A DNA stretch of 64,000 bases from Parvibaculaceae bacterium (GCA_963457525.1 OY734805.1:2219150-2283149); one strand, 5' to 3'. Shown: positions 11,735-21,102, counted from the first letter of the stretch. Numbers and translations: made by a program. Notes: generated from the letters alone by a model not told the origin.

Positions 11735-12243
11735 CTATCCGAGGACTCCTTCGCCTCGTTTGTTTCGTTCGTTTTGCTCGTTTCGTTCGACTCGGCCGGC
11801 TCTTCGATGACTTCCTCGACGCGCTCTTCCTTGGGGGCGTCCGCCTCCAGCTGCGCCGCCTGCGCATCCGCCTTCGACGGACGGGCCGTGCGCTTCTCCG
11901 CAATGCGTGCGGCCTTGCCGCGGCGCTCGCGCAGATAATACAGTTTCGCGCGGCGAACCTTGCCTTTGCGCAAAACTTCTATCGCGGCGATTACCGGCGA
12001 ATACAACGCAAACACGCGCTCAACCCCCTCGCCGTAGGAAATCTTCCGGACCGTGAAACTCTCGTGCAGGCCCGACCCCGAGCGTGCAATGCAGACGCCC
12101 TCGTAAACCTGGACGCGCTCGCGGCTCCCTTCAACTATTTTGACGTGAACACGCAACTGGTCGCCCACGGAAAAATCCGTGACACCCTTTTCGGGCGTTA
12201 GCTCCTTAATGCGTTCCTGCTCCAATTGCGCTATCAGATTCAT
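11731..12243 (-). CDS. rplS: 50S ribosomal protein L19 with an acidic C-terminal extension
   Basis: An internal ATG at 12243 gives [14 protein letters not shown]...[35 protein letters not shown]. About 50 extra C-terminal residues are rich in E, A and K. Confidence 0.9.
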   Translation of the reverse strand: MNLIAQLEQERIKELTPEKGVTDFSVGDQLRVHVKIVEGSRERVQVYEGVCIARSGSGLHESFTVRKISYGEGVERVFALYSPVIAAIEVLRKGKVRRAKLYYLRERRGKAARIAEKRTARPSKADAQAAQLEADAPKEERVEEVIEEPAESNETSKTNETNEAKESSDS

Positions 12244-12244
12244 C

Positions 12245-12976
12245 TCAATTACCTCGTTCTTTCTTCTGCCATAAATCCGGCCGACGCTTGCGCGTTGCCG
12301 CCTCGGCCTCCTCCGCGCGCCAGCGGCGCACCCGTTCGTGGTCCCCTGATAATAACACATCCGGAATCTCGCGTCCCTCCCAAATGCGCGGGCGCGTATA
12401 TTGCGGATATTCCAACAGCCCTGCCTCGAAACTCTCTTCGCCGGCGGACGCCCCATTTCCCATTACCCCAGGAAGCAGGCGAACGCAAGCCTCAATCACG
12501 GCCATCGCCGAAATCTCGCCCCCTGCGAGCACAAAATCCCCGACGCTCACCTCCTCAATTCCGCGGGCATCCAGCACCCGCTGGTCGATGCCCTCGAAGC
12601 GCCCGCATAATATGCCCACGCCGGAGGCCTCCGACAAACGCCTGATCCGTTCCTGGGTCAGCCGCTCCCCTCTCGCGCTCATGCACAAAAACACGCCGTC
12701 TTCGGGCATGCGCCCGGCGACCGAATCCACCGCCGCGCCGACAACATCGGCGCGCATCACCATCCCCGCGCCGCCGCCGGCAGGCGTGTCATCCACGCTG
12801 CGATGGGCATCCGTTGCAAACGCGCGAATGTCTTCCACATGCAATTTCCAGCAGCCGCGCTCCAGCGCCTTACCCGCGACGCTCGCCCCCAGCACGCCGG
12901 GGAACACCTCCGGCAACAGCGTCAGCACCCAGGCTTCCCATGTTTTATGCGTTTGCGCGTTCATGAGCGCTGCCAT
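12245..12976 (-). CDS. trmD: tRNA (guanine37-N1)-methyltransferase
   Basis: Contains [18 protein letters not shown]...[13 protein letters not shown]...[20 protein letters not shown]. The start may be the ATG at 12964. Confidence 0.9.
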   Translation of the reverse strand: MAALMNAQTHKTWEAWVLTLLPEVFPGVLGASVAGKALERGCWKLHVEDIRAFATDAHRSVDDTPAGGGAGMVMRADVVGAAVDSVAGRMPEDGVFLCMSARGERLTQERIRRLSEASGVGILCGRFEGIDQRVLDARGIEEVSVGDFVLAGGEISAMAVIEACVRLLPGVMGNGASAGEESFEAGLLEYPQYTRPRIWEGREIPDVLLSGDHERVRRWRAEEAEAATRKRRPDLWQKKERGN

Positions 12977-13458
12977 TCAAAACGCCGCGCCATTTCCGTC
13001 AAAACCACCCGTGCGTCCGATACCGAAACCTCGGCGACATTCTCGCGCGTGAACGGAATCAGCAGGCTTTGTTTCTTGTCTTCCATGTGCTCCAACTCCA
13101 AAACGTCCCCCGCGCCGAAATCCCATACCGCCTTGACGCGGCCCCACAACGCGCCGTCGTCGCCATAGGCGTCCAAGCCTATCAGTTCGGCGTAATACCA
13201 CTCGTCCTCCTCGGTCTGCGGCAGGGATTGCCGTGACACGTATATCTGCATTCCCGCGAGCGCCTCGGCGTCATTCCGGCTCTTAACATCCGAAAGCCTT
13301 GCGAGCACGTCCCCGTCCTTTACGCGAAAACCTTCAATTGAAAAGCGGCGCTCGCCGGACTCGTCAAAGATATCGCCATAGCGCGCGATGTTTTCCGGCT
13401 GCGATGTGAACGGGCGTATTCGAACCTCTCCGCGCACCCCGAACGCAGAAACAATCAC
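12961..13458 (-). CDS. rimM: 16S rRNA processing protein RimM
   Basis: Contains [19 protein letters not shown]...[10 protein letters not shown]...[13 protein letters not shown] non-ATG start further upstream is possible. Confidence 0.85.
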   Translation of the reverse strand: MIVSAFGVRGEVRIRPFTSQPENIARYGDIFDESGERRFSIEGFRVKDGDVLARLSDVKSRNDAEALAGMQIYVSRQSLPQTEEDEWYYAELIGLDAYGDDGALWGRVKAVWDFGAGDVLELEHMEDKKQSLLIPFTRENVAEVSVSDARVVLTEMARRFEWQRS

Positions 13459-13489
13459 CCCCAGGCAAACCTTTTCGGAAACGCCCGTC

Positions 13490-14038
13490 TTACTTCTCCG
13501 ACTCCTCTTTCGAGGATGATTCCTCTGCGGGAGGATCTTCGGCCGGAGTTTCTTCGGCAGGCGCCTCTTCGGCGGGGGCTTCCTCTGCCGATGCTTCCTT
13601 GGCGGGAGTCTCCTCTACCGGAGTCTCCTCCGTTGGAGTTGCTTCTTCGGCGGGAGTTTCCTCCGCAGGGGCGGCTTCTTCCGCCGGAGCTTCCGCCGCG
13701 GCGGCATCGGCCGCTTCCTTGGCGGCAATGCGCTCTAAAGTTTTTGCACGGGGTTTTGCTTTCTGCGGATTGTTCCGCGGCGTGCGAGTCGCTATTCCCG
13801 CCGCGTCCAAAAACCGGGCAACCCTGTCCGTCGGACGCGCGCCGCGCTCATACCAATAGCGGGCCCTGTCTTCCTGCAGCACAACGCGCCGGGGGTCGTC
13901 CTTTGATATCAACGGGTCGTACGCCCCGATCTTCTCAAGAAAACGCCCGTCTCTGGGCGCGCGGACATCCGCTACCACAATTCGATAATGCGGACGTTTC
14001 TTTGTTCCGCCGCGCGCAAGTCTAATCTTCAATGCCAT
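13490..14038 (-). CDS. rpsP: 30S ribosomal protein S16 with a long A/E/P-rich C-terminal tail
   Basis: Begins [42 protein letters not shown], followed by about 90 aa of a repetitive tail ([13 protein letters not shown]...). An alternative ATG lies at 14044. Confidence 0.9.
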   Translation of the reverse strand: MALKIRLARGGTKKRPHYRIVVADVRAPRDGRFLEKIGAYDPLISKDDPRRVVLQEDRARYWYERGARPTDRVARFLDAAGIATRTPRNNPQKAKPRAKTLERIAAKEAADAAAAEAPAEEAAPAEETPAEEATPTEETPVEETPAKEASAEEAPAEEAPAEETPAEDPPAEESSSKEESEK

Positions 14039-14073
14039 AATCAATCACTACTTCTCGTTGTTTCGGAACTTAT

Positions 14074-14089
14074 TCCCCGCCTAACCGGC
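14074..14089. repeat. Left arm of the inverted repeat flanking the low-GC lipoprotein insertion (CCCCGCCTAACCGGCA)
   Basis: The reverse complement of 15052-15066 (TGCCGGTTAGTGGGG) matches this arm: the 10-nt core CTAACCGGCA is perfect, and the extension has one mismatch and one indel. Confidence 0.5.
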
Positions 14090-14227
14090 AGAGAATTCTA
14101 TCTCGGCATGCTCGTTTTTATGCCGGATATCTTTCAATTAACCGGTAAAATAAACCTCTTTTTCCAATTCGTCAACACCCTACCGAATCTTTAATATTTA
14201 AGCGAATCAATCGGGGAAGGTCATATT

Positions 14228-14956
14228 TTATTCAGGGGGTATCCTTGTCGCTCCAAATGCGCCAAACTCTGCGTTGTTACCGTGATCGTAAAACGCCCCG
14301 CCGATAAAGTTGCCCCCTTCAAAGTCTGCCCGGATTCCTCTATTGGCCGTTGTGTGATTTATGCTTTGACCTATCTCAACAGGAAAATCGAAAATAAATT
14401 CAATGTCTCCAACACCTTCGAATCCATTAAACTGGAAACTACTTAACTGATTAGGCCCATTAGTTACGGATACAGTAGCATTGCCAGAAACCACTTTTCC
14501 ATCATTTGTTCTTTTGACAAATGCCAATCCTTCGTAGTCGGCGTATACAAACCCATCATTGCCTACTGATGGTATGTCTTTTAATATGTCACCTTCGTTG
14601 AATTTAAAAACAAAGAAATGTTCGCCTGCTTCAACCCCTACATGCCAATCACCAAAATGCTTGAACTCGTACGAATCTATTGGATTGCTTTCAATAGTCG
14701 TTTGAAATTCGATCGGTAATGATGGAGGCTGATTAGAATCTACTTCACGATGAGTTTTAGGAACCTCAACAGAACGCTCAATGACAATGAGGTTTTTGTC
14801 ATTCTGTTGGGCGATCAGTGATGTTTGTTCAGGTAGCGCCGCTTGTTCAACTAGTACCGTTTGTTCGGGTATGGAACCGGAATATCCCCCGCCGCTGCCG
14901 CAAGCGAGCAAAAGCGTCATTGGAAGTATTACTGAAATCGTCTTTAAGGTTTTCAT
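14228..14956 (-). CDS. Surface-lipoprotein-like protein with a TbpB/fHbp-type C-terminal beta-barrel (tentative)
   Basis: 242 aa with lipobox LLLAC followed by a GSGGG linker. The C-terminus ADFEGGNFIGGAFYDHGNNAEFGAFGATR resembles the terminal strands of the TbpB_B_D (transferrin-binding-protein-like) barrel. GC is markedly lower than in the flanking genes. Confidence 0.55.
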   Translation of the reverse strand: MKTLKTISVILPMTLLLACGSGGGYSGSIPEQTVLVEQAALPEQTSLIAQQNDKNLIVIERSVEVPKTHREVDSNQPPSLPIEFQTTIESNPIDSYEFKHFGDWHVGVEAGEHFFVFKFNEGDILKDIPSVGNDGFVYADYEGLAFVKRTNDGKVVSGNATVSVTNGPNQLSSFQFNGFEGVGDIEFIFDFPVEIGQSINHTTANRGIRADFEGGNFIGGAFYDHGNNAEFGAFGATRIPPE

Positions 14957-15051
14957 GGTGATTTTCCTTTTAGCGCATGTATTCGGATTCTGCCACGATA
15001 TCGATTCGCTGTAAAGCGTTTAAAATCCTTCCATTCTGGACGAATCAGGCT

Positions 15052-15066
15052 TGCCGGTTAGTGGGG
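15052..15066. repeat. Right arm of the inverted repeat flanking the low-GC lipoprotein insertion
   Basis: TGCCGGTTAGTGGGG, located 8 nt downstream of the ffh stop; pairs with 14074-14089. Confidence 0.5.
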
Positions 15067-15073
15067 CGTTGTT

Positions 15074-16552
15074 TCACTTCTTCCGCTTGGAGCCGCGACG
15101 CTTCGTAACACCGCGCGAGCCCCCCGGACGCCCCATGGGCATTCCCGCGCCCCCCATGCCAAAAGGCATTCCCGGCATCCCCGGCATTCCCCCCATCCCC
15201 GCCGCGCCGGGGGCGCCTTCGAGAGAGGGAAGTCCATGCTTGCCCGACTTCCGCATAACATCGGCGATTTGCCTGTGAAATTTCAATAAACGGTTCACTT
15301 CCTGGATGGACGAGCCGGAACCCGCCGCGACACGGCGCTTCCGGGAGGCGTTGAATATCTTCGGATTCGAGCGCTCCCCCCGCGTCATGGACGAGATTAT
15401 CGCCACCGAGCGCTCCAGCCTCCCGTCATCCAGGCCCGCTTCCCCCACCCGTTTTTTCAGCTTTCCCATGCCCCCCACGCCGGGAAGCATCCCCAGGATG
15501 CCCCCGAAACCTCCCATCTTGCCCATGGCGCGTAATTGCTCGGCCAGGTCTTCCATGTCGAAAACGCCCGGGGGCTTTTTGCGCTTCGCCTCCGCGTCGC
15601 CGCGTTCCTGCGCAACGGTCTGCGCTTTTTCAACCAACCCCGCGACATCGCCCATTCCCAATATCCGCGAGGCGATCCGGTCCGCCTGAAACGGCTCCAG
15701 CGCGTCCAGTCCCTCGCCGACACCCATGAATTTTATCGGCACCCCGCTCACATGCCGCGCCGACAACGCCGCGCCTCCGCGAGAATCACCATCCACGCGA
15801 GTCAGCACCAGCCCGCTCAAAGGAACGCGGGTCGCAAACTCCCGCGCCATCGAGGCGGCATTCTGACCGCTCAGGGAATCCACGACCAGCAGCGTATCCG
15901 AAGGCGACACCGCTCCGTGTATCGAAGACATCTCCTGCATCAACGCTTCGTCTATCTGTCCGCGTCCGGCCGTATCCAGCACGACAACTTCATAACCGCC
16001 CAACTCTCCCATCTGAACGGCACGGCGCGCTATGTCCACGGGCATCTCGCCGTCCATTTCGGGAACAACCTTGATGTCCGCCGATTCCCCCAGCACGCGC
16101 AACTGCTCCCTGGCCGCCGGGCGCGATACATCCAGCGATGCCAACAAAACCTTGCGGTCGCCGCCTTGCAAAAATTTTGCCAGCTTTGCACTCGTGGTCG
16201 TCTTGCCCACGCCCTGTAAACCGACCATCAGGATTATCGCGGGAAGCTTCCCGTCCAAGCGCAAGCGGCTCAGCGAATCGGGATCGTCTCCGCCCAACGC
16301 TTCGACGAGAACGTCATGAACAATCTTGGCAACCTGCTGTCCCGGCGTTACCGATTCGAGCAAATCCTTGCCGACCGCACGGGACGACACCTTTTCGAGG
16401 ATTTCATCCACCAGCGAAGCGGCGACATCCGCCTCCAAGAGCGCATCGCCCAGCGAGCGAACCGCCGCTGCAACGTCATCGCTCGTAAGCACGCCGCGCC
16501 CGCGGAGCCGCTCAAGTATGCTACCAAGTTGTTCGCCTAAGTCATTGAACAT
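15074..16552 (-). CDS. ffh: Signal recognition particle protein Ffh
   Basis: 492 aa with GLQGVGKTTTSAKLA and DTAGR, plus an M domain with a G/M-rich tail and a basic C-terminus. Confidence 0.95.
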   Translation of the reverse strand: MFNDLGEQLGSILERLRGRGVLTSDDVAAAVRSLGDALLEADVAASLVDEILEKVSSRAVGKDLLESVTPGQQVAKIVHDVLVEALGGDDPDSLSRLRLDGKLPAIILMVGLQGVGKTTTSAKLAKFLQGGDRKVLLASLDVSRPAAREQLRVLGESADIKVVPEMDGEMPVDIARRAVQMGELGGYEVVVLDTAGRGQIDEALMQEMSSIHGAVSPSDTLLVVDSLSGQNAASMAREFATRVPLSGLVLTRVDGDSRGGAALSARHVSGVPIKFMGVGEGLDALEPFQADRIASRILGMGDVAGLVEKAQTVAQERGDAEAKRKKPPGVFDMEDLAEQLRAMGKMGGFGGILGMLPGVGGMGKLKKRVGEAGLDDGRLERSVAIISSMTRGERSNPKIFNASRKRRVAAGSGSSIQEVNRLLKFHRQIADVMRKSGKHGLPSLEGAPGAAGMGGMPGMPGMPFGMGGAGMPMGRPGGSRGVTKRRGSKRKK

Positions 16553-16647
16553 CGGATAAAACTTAAAACTTCAAAGCGGCCTCGTCAATAATGCTTGCTT
16601 TCCCTGATTTTCGGGGGTATGATTAGGTGTCGCGCAAGAGGTTCATC

Positions 16648-16857
16648 ATGCTAAAAATTGCCAACGACAGCGGTAAAGACGAAATCCAAATCGATACACG
16701 CGAATTCGAGTGCATCGGTGCGAGCCCGCCTTTCGACCACCCTCACATCTTCCTTGATATGGGCGACGATGATCAAATCGTCTGTCCGTATTGCTCCACA
16801 CTCTACCGGCTTGGTTCTTCCAGGTCCGAAACAAAAACGAAGGAGCCACGCACATGA
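16648..16857 (+). CDS. Zinc-finger (zf-CHCC / NDUFS6-like) domain protein
   Basis: Contains ECIGASPPFDHPHIFLDMGDDDQIVCPYCSTLY. AAGAGG lies 8 nt before the ATG at 16648; an in-frame GTG at 16627 is also possible. The stop overlaps the irr start (ATGA). Confidence 0.7.
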   Translation: MLKIANDSGKDEIQIDTREFECIGASPPFDHPHIFLDMGDDDQIVCPYCSTLYRLGSSRSETKTKEPRT

Positions 16858-17291
16858 AACAAGACAGCACAACCGCATCCTCGTGGGAACGACTCCCCGA
16901 ACTCATCCGTGAAAGAGGACTCCGGCTCACCCGCCAGAGACTCTTCCTCGCAAGGCTTCTTTTCGAAGATCGAAAAGACCGCCATATCACCGCCGCGGAT
17001 CTCGTGCGCGAGACCAAGAAGCAAAAAATGCATATGTCGCTTGCAACCATCTACAACACGCTTCACCAGTTCGTTGAAATCGGACTGCTGCGCGAGGTTG
17101 TTATTGATTCCAAGGCGACATACTTCGACACGAATCTCTCCGAGCACCACCACTTCTTCCACGAAGAGTCCGGAGAACTCGTTGACGTCTCGCAAGGAGA
17201 GGTGGAGATCGGAAAACTCCCGACGCCGCCCTCCGATTCGAAAATCTCGCGCGTAAACGTTGTCATCCATCTGCAAGACAAAGACTCGTAA
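16854..17291 (+). CDS. irr: Fur-family iron response regulator (Irr-like)
   Basis: 145 aa with a winged helix (LRLTRQRLFLARLLF...LATIYNTLHQFVEIGLLREV) and an HHH triad (SEHHHFFHEE) like the heme-binding HxH region of Irr. An ICE-like box lies immediately downstream. Confidence 0.75.
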   Translation: MKQDSTTASSWERLPELIRERGLRLTRQRLFLARLLFEDRKDRHITAADLVRETKKQKMHMSLATIYNTLHQFVEIGLLREVVIDSKATYFDTNLSEHHHFFHEESGELVDVSQGEVEIGKLPTPPSDSKISRVNVVIHLQDKDS

Positions 17292-17374
17292 ATCTTTGCA
17301 GATGCCCTATAAATACGGGTCGGTAAATTTTTCATCTTTTTCGTTGACAGATATTCTGTCCATGATACCTTTTG

Positions 17375-17391
17375 TTTAGAATATCTCTAAA
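17375..17391 (+). promoter_or_regulatory. Candidate Irr operator (iron control element, ICE) upstream of the rubrerythrin operon
   Basis: TTTAGAATATCTCTAAA matches 13 of the 14 specified positions of the ICE consensus TTTAGAA-N3-TTCTAAA. It lies about 30 nt upstream of the ATG at 17424 and about 25 nt downstream of a TTGACA hexamer (17344-17349). Confidence 0.55.
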
Positions 17392-17423
17392 AACCATCCA
17401 TCAACCAACCAGGAGTAAAGACC

Positions 17424-17843
17424 ATGTCCCTGAAAGATTCCAAAACGCTCAACAATCTCAAAGAAGCCTTTGCCGGCGAGAGCCAGGCGAATCGTAGATA
17501 TCTCTACTTTGCCCAGAAAGCCGACGTTGAAGGTTACAACGATGTTGCCGCCGTGTTCCGCTCCACCGCCGAAGGTGAAACCGGACACGCCCACGGGCAT
17601 CTTGAATATCTTGAGGAAGTCGGCGATCCGGTCACCGGCACGCCCATCGGCGCAACCGACCTCAACCTCAAGTCTGCCATCGAAGGCGAAACCCACGAGT
17701 ACACCGACATGTACCCCGGCATGGCCCGCACGGCACGCGAGGAAGGTTTCGACGAGATCGCCGATTGGTTTGAGACTCTCGCAAAGGCGGAGAAATCCCA
17801 CGCAGGGCGATTCCAAAAAGCCCTCGACACTCTCGACGCTTAA
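17424..17843 (+). CDS. Rubrerythrin-family diiron protein (no rubredoxin domain)
   Basis: 139 aa with [20 protein letters not shown] and two ExxH diiron motifs ([18 protein letters not shown]). Confidence 0.85.
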   Translation: MSLKDSKTLNNLKEAFAGESQANRRYLYFAQKADVEGYNDVAAVFRSTAEGETGHAHGHLEYLEEVGDPVTGTPIGATDLNLKSAIEGETHEYTDMYPGMARTAREEGFDEIADWFETLAKAEKSHAGRFQKALDTLDA

Positions 17844-17907
17844 CGCGCATACAGCGAGGAGGGGCCGCACACAGCCCCTCCTCCAACCTCTCCGCAAATA
17901 AAACCCG

Positions 17908-19281
17908 ATGAAAGAAGGAAGCCTTGAGGCGCCTACGCGCCATCCTATCGACTGGCAAAGCGCCGACTTCTATGACGCGCAGTCCCTTGATGCCGAATTG
18001 CGCCGGGTCTTTGATGTGTGCCACGGATGCAGGCGCTGCTTCTCCTTGTGCGATTCTTTCCCGCGACTCTTCGACCTTATCGATGAGGCGCCGACCGGCG
18101 AACTCGACAGCGTGGACAGCAAGGGTTTCGATCCCGTTGTGGAAGCCTGCACGCTCTGCGACATGTGCTTCATGACAAAATGCCCCTACGTGCCTCCCCA
18201 CCCTTTCAATATCGACTTTCCGCACCTCATGCTGCGCGCGCGTGCCAAGCAGCTCCGCGACAGCGGCGGTAAAGCGCCCTTCCCGTCCGGGCAGCTTGCA
18301 CAAATCGACCGCAACGCCAAACTCACGCAATGGATCGCCCCTCTCGTCAATTGGGTCACGAATGTGCGTTACAAATTCATCCGCAAAATCCTCCAGGCCG
18401 TCTCCGGCATAGACGCGCGCGCGGCGCTTCCCGTGCTTGCGAAACGCTTCGCCGTTGCCGACAGCACGGGCGCGTTCAGCGCCGCCGCCGACGCAAAGGC
18501 GCGCGGCAGAAAAGTCGCCATCTTCGCAACTTGCTATGTCAACTACTACCAGACGCAAGCCGCCCGGGCCGCCAGGCAAGTCCTCGAACTCCAAGGCGTC
18601 GAGACACAGCTCGTTTATCCCGGCTGCTGCGCGATGCCGCATCTTGAACACGGGAACATCGAGGAAGTCGTAAAACAGGCCAAAAAAGTTTCCGCCGAAC
18701 TCGTTAAATGGGTCGACAAGGGTTACGACATCGTCACGCTGACGGCCAGTTGCGGTCTCATGCTTAAATCCGAATGGCCGTTGCTGCTGCCCGACGAGAA
18801 CAACGTTGCGACCCTCGCGAAAGCCACCCGCGACATTGATGAATATGTCGTCGACATCGCCCGCAATGAAGGACTCGCAGACGGTTTGCGTCCCGTTCCC
18901 GGAGGCGTTGCCGTTCATATGGCGTGCCATGCGCGGGCGCAAAACGTCGGGCCCAAAGCCGCCGAAATGCTCAAACTCATTCCCGAGGCCAAAATCAATG
19001 TTATCGAACGATGCTCCGGACACGGCGGAACCTTCGGAATCCTCGCCAAAACACACGATGTCGCCGTCAAGATCGCGAAACCGACCGCCAAAGCCATTCA
19101 GAAAACACAAGCCGCGCATCTGGTTTCCGACTGCCCTCTTGCGGCCAAGCATCTTGCGCAGCAACTCGAGAACATCTCCGAGACGGAGACGCCGACGACA
19201 TCCTATCCCATCACACTGCTTGCAAAAGCATACGGGCTCGACACCCCCGGCAACAAACATGAAACCAGGAAAACATCATGA
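17908..19281 (+). CDS. (Fe-S)-binding CCG-domain oxidoreductase (HdrD/GlpC-like)
   Basis: 457 aa with two 4Fe-4S Cys clusters (CHGCRRCFSLCDSFP, CTLCDMCFMTKCPYVPP) and C-terminal CCG-type Cys motifs (PGCCAMP, CSGHGG). Confidence 0.8.
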   Translation: MKEGSLEAPTRHPIDWQSADFYDAQSLDAELRRVFDVCHGCRRCFSLCDSFPRLFDLIDEAPTGELDSVDSKGFDPVVEACTLCDMCFMTKCPYVPPHPFNIDFPHLMLRARAKQLRDSGGKAPFPSGQLAQIDRNAKLTQWIAPLVNWVTNVRYKFIRKILQAVSGIDARAALPVLAKRFAVADSTGAFSAAADAKARGRKVAIFATCYVNYYQTQAARAARQVLELQGVETQLVYPGCCAMPHLEHGNIEEVVKQAKKVSAELVKWVDKGYDIVTLTASCGLMLKSEWPLLLPDENNVATLAKATRDIDEYVVDIARNEGLADGLRPVPGGVAVHMACHARAQNVGPKAAEMLKLIPEAKINVIERCSGHGGTFGILAKTHDVAVKIAKPTAKAIQKTQAAHLVSDCPLAAKHLAQQLENISETETPTTSYPITLLAKAYGLDTPGNKHETRKTS

Positions 19282-19877
19282 CAAACACAGCAACAGCATT
19301 GAAACAATTGCGCGAGAAAATCCTTGACGACGCCAGCTACAGCCAACAGAGAAAACAACGACGCGAAGCCATCATCGCGCTAAAACGGCACCGCCGCATT
19401 GCCGTCGGCCCCTACGCCGTTTTCCACTTCGAAAACTTCGAAACCATGCTTTACCAAATCCAGGAAATGCTCTGGATCGAAAAAGGCGGAGACGAACAGC
19501 TTGAAGACGAACTCGGCGCCTACGCCCCCCTGGTTCCCAACGGCTCCGAACTTGTCGCAACCATGATGCTCGAGATCGATTCCAAATCGATACGCGAAGC
19601 CGTCTTGCAGCAACTCGGGGATGTTGAAATGAGCACCGCCATCGAAATTGCCGGCGAGAAAAGCGCCGCGCAACCCGAGCAGGACATCGAACGGACAACC
19701 GAGGACGGAAAAACCTCTTCGGTTCACTTCCTGCACTTTCCGCTCACATCCAAGCAAGCGGACGCCATGCGCGATGCGGCAAGCGAGGTGCACATCGTCA
19801 TTGAGCACCCCCATTACAACTACCGTGTCGTGTTATCCGCCGAGCAAAAGCAAGCCCTGGCAGCGGACCTGGCCTGA
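19278..19877 (+). CDS. DUF3501-like protein
   Basis: 199 aa. The start overlaps the preceding stop (ATGA). My recollection is that DUF3501 co-occurs with rubrerythrin and a CCG Fe-S protein. Confidence 0.65.
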   Translation: MTNTATALKQLREKILDDASYSQQRKQRREAIIALKRHRRIAVGPYAVFHFENFETMLYQIQEMLWIEKGGDEQLEDELGAYAPLVPNGSELVATMMLEIDSKSIREAVLQQLGDVEMSTAIEIAGEKSAAQPEQDIERTTEDGKTSSVHFLHFPLTSKQADAMRDAASEVHIVIEHPHYNYRVVLSAEQKQALAADLA

Positions 19878-19945
19878 GACTCGGAAAAGACGCTGCAAGG
19901 ATCGACAGCCGCTTCCATCATCCCCGGGACAAGGGTAACGAAAAC

Positions 19946-19977
19946 AGCCCCCGCCGAATTAATGCTCGGTGGGGGCT
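19946..19977. terminator. Stem-loop between convergent genes (possible bidirectional terminator)
   Basis: AGCCCCCGCCGA-attaatgc-TCGGTGGGGGCT forms a 12-bp stem with one G:U pair. There is no clear U-tract. Confidence 0.4.
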
Positions 19978-20010
19978 AATTCCTAACGGGAAATCAGACG
20001 TTGTTAGTTG

Positions 20011-20421
20011 TCAGTGATCGCTGCCTTGGTTGCCAACATCATCTCCCCCTGTTGCGCCTTCGGTGTCTTTTGTGTCCTCACCAAGATTTATGGAAGTGAT
20101 TTCTGATGCCGCCGACGTGGAACCTTCTTCACCCGAATCGGCTATATCCCTTTCCTTTTCCGCTTGAATAGCTTCACGATCCGCCCACAGGAGATCATCT
20201 TCGTTTTTTCCATCCCATTCACAGCCTGACCCTCTCTTAACATATCCTTTGGTGCATTTGAGGTCGAAGGCAAGCTGGACTTCATTCGAGTCTTTCAACC
20301 CGTTCGCCTGCTCCTGATTAAAAATAAAAAGATTGCCCAAAGTTCTCGCCGTTACGGGATTTGCGTTAAATGCAAACACCGTCAAGACGATTGCGAAGAT
20401 TGCTGTCATTATCGTTTTCAT
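20011..20421 (-). CDS. Small secreted hypothetical protein with an acidic tail
   Basis: The ATG at 20421 is preceded by AAGGA. Signal peptide MKTIMTAIFAIVLTVFAFNANPVTA, two Cys residues, and a D/E/G-rich C-terminus; low GC. Confidence 0.5.
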   Translation of the reverse strand: MKTIMTAIFAIVLTVFAFNANPVTARTLGNLFIFNQEQANGLKDSNEVQLAFDLKCTKGYVKRGSGCEWDGKNEDDLLWADREAIQAEKERDIADSGEEGSTSAASEITSINLGEDTKDTEGATGGDDVGNQGSDH

Positions 20422-20670
20422 GGTTTTTCCTTGTTGCTGATTTGACTTATTGAGTATGAGCATATGAGCGTATCACAAATTCGTGACCCGTCAATATGAA
20501 TTTCGAATCACCTTCCATCACACTCCCTGCTTCTTCGGGGTCGTTTTAGTCGATTCAAGTTGGAATGGCTCTGTTGATAGAATTGGCAAGGAATTCTAAC
20601 CACCGGAATGGCTGAATTTATCGGGGGTTACGCTCTGCTGATTTGGCGATAAAATGGGGGGTGAGAGGGT

Positions 20671-21006
20671 GATTCGGATTTTTTGTAGCGTTAGGAAGGA
20701 TTTTGGTTTATTATGGACACCGAGACGGAGAAGAAACTGACCGAACAACAACATCAAATTGACTTGTTGAGGAACAGTATGAAGGCGAAGATGGAAACTA
20801 TGGAAGCCAATAACAAAGCAGCCCATGCCGAAAGTGAATCCGCTATTGAACGACTTCGTACGGACAATGTTAAGGCTATTGGAGAGCTTCGCACGGCCAT
20901 AGAAGGGAATTCCAGAACTCTTCTGGTGCAAATGATAATTGTGGTCGGTTTTGGCGTTGCTCTTTTGGGCGGACTTATTACGATTTTGCAATTTATCAAA
21001 TAAACA
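20671..21006 (+). repeat. Dispersed repeat copy 1 (promoter region plus tail-anchored coiled-coil gene)
   Basis: Shares with 49562-49904 (opposite strand) an upstream GATTCG-ATTTTTTGTA block, a near-identical CAACA[A/G]CATCAAATTGACTTGTTGAGG block, and a near-identical 3' end ATTACGATTTTGCA.TTT.TCAAATAAAC. Confidence 0.7.
20713..21003 (+). CDS. Small tail-anchored coiled-coil protein (DUF1640/CCDC90-like architecture, tentative)
   Basis: 96 aa with heptad-like charged helices and a single C-terminal TM (LLVQMIIVVGFGVALLGGLITILQFIK). It is a paralogue of 49564-49812. Confidence 0.55.
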   Translation: MDTETEKKLTEQQHQIDLLRNSMKAKMETMEANNKAAHAESESAIERLRTDNVKAIGELRTAIEGNSRTLLVQMIIVVGFGVALLGGLITILQFIK

Positions 21007-21102
21007 AAACTTTTCCCCGTCTTGATGGATTAATTCCATTACTCTGACCGTTACCGAATATATCTGAAATCGGACTATGTCCATTCCAATAAGGCTTTAT
21101 GA

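Noticed and set aside
17668-19260. A 530-aa ORF on the minus strand
   Set aside because: It is entirely antisense to the well-supported CCG Fe-S protein gene. Its composition is G/R/A-rich and low-complexity, typical of shadow ORFs in GC-rich DNA, and I recognise no motifs.
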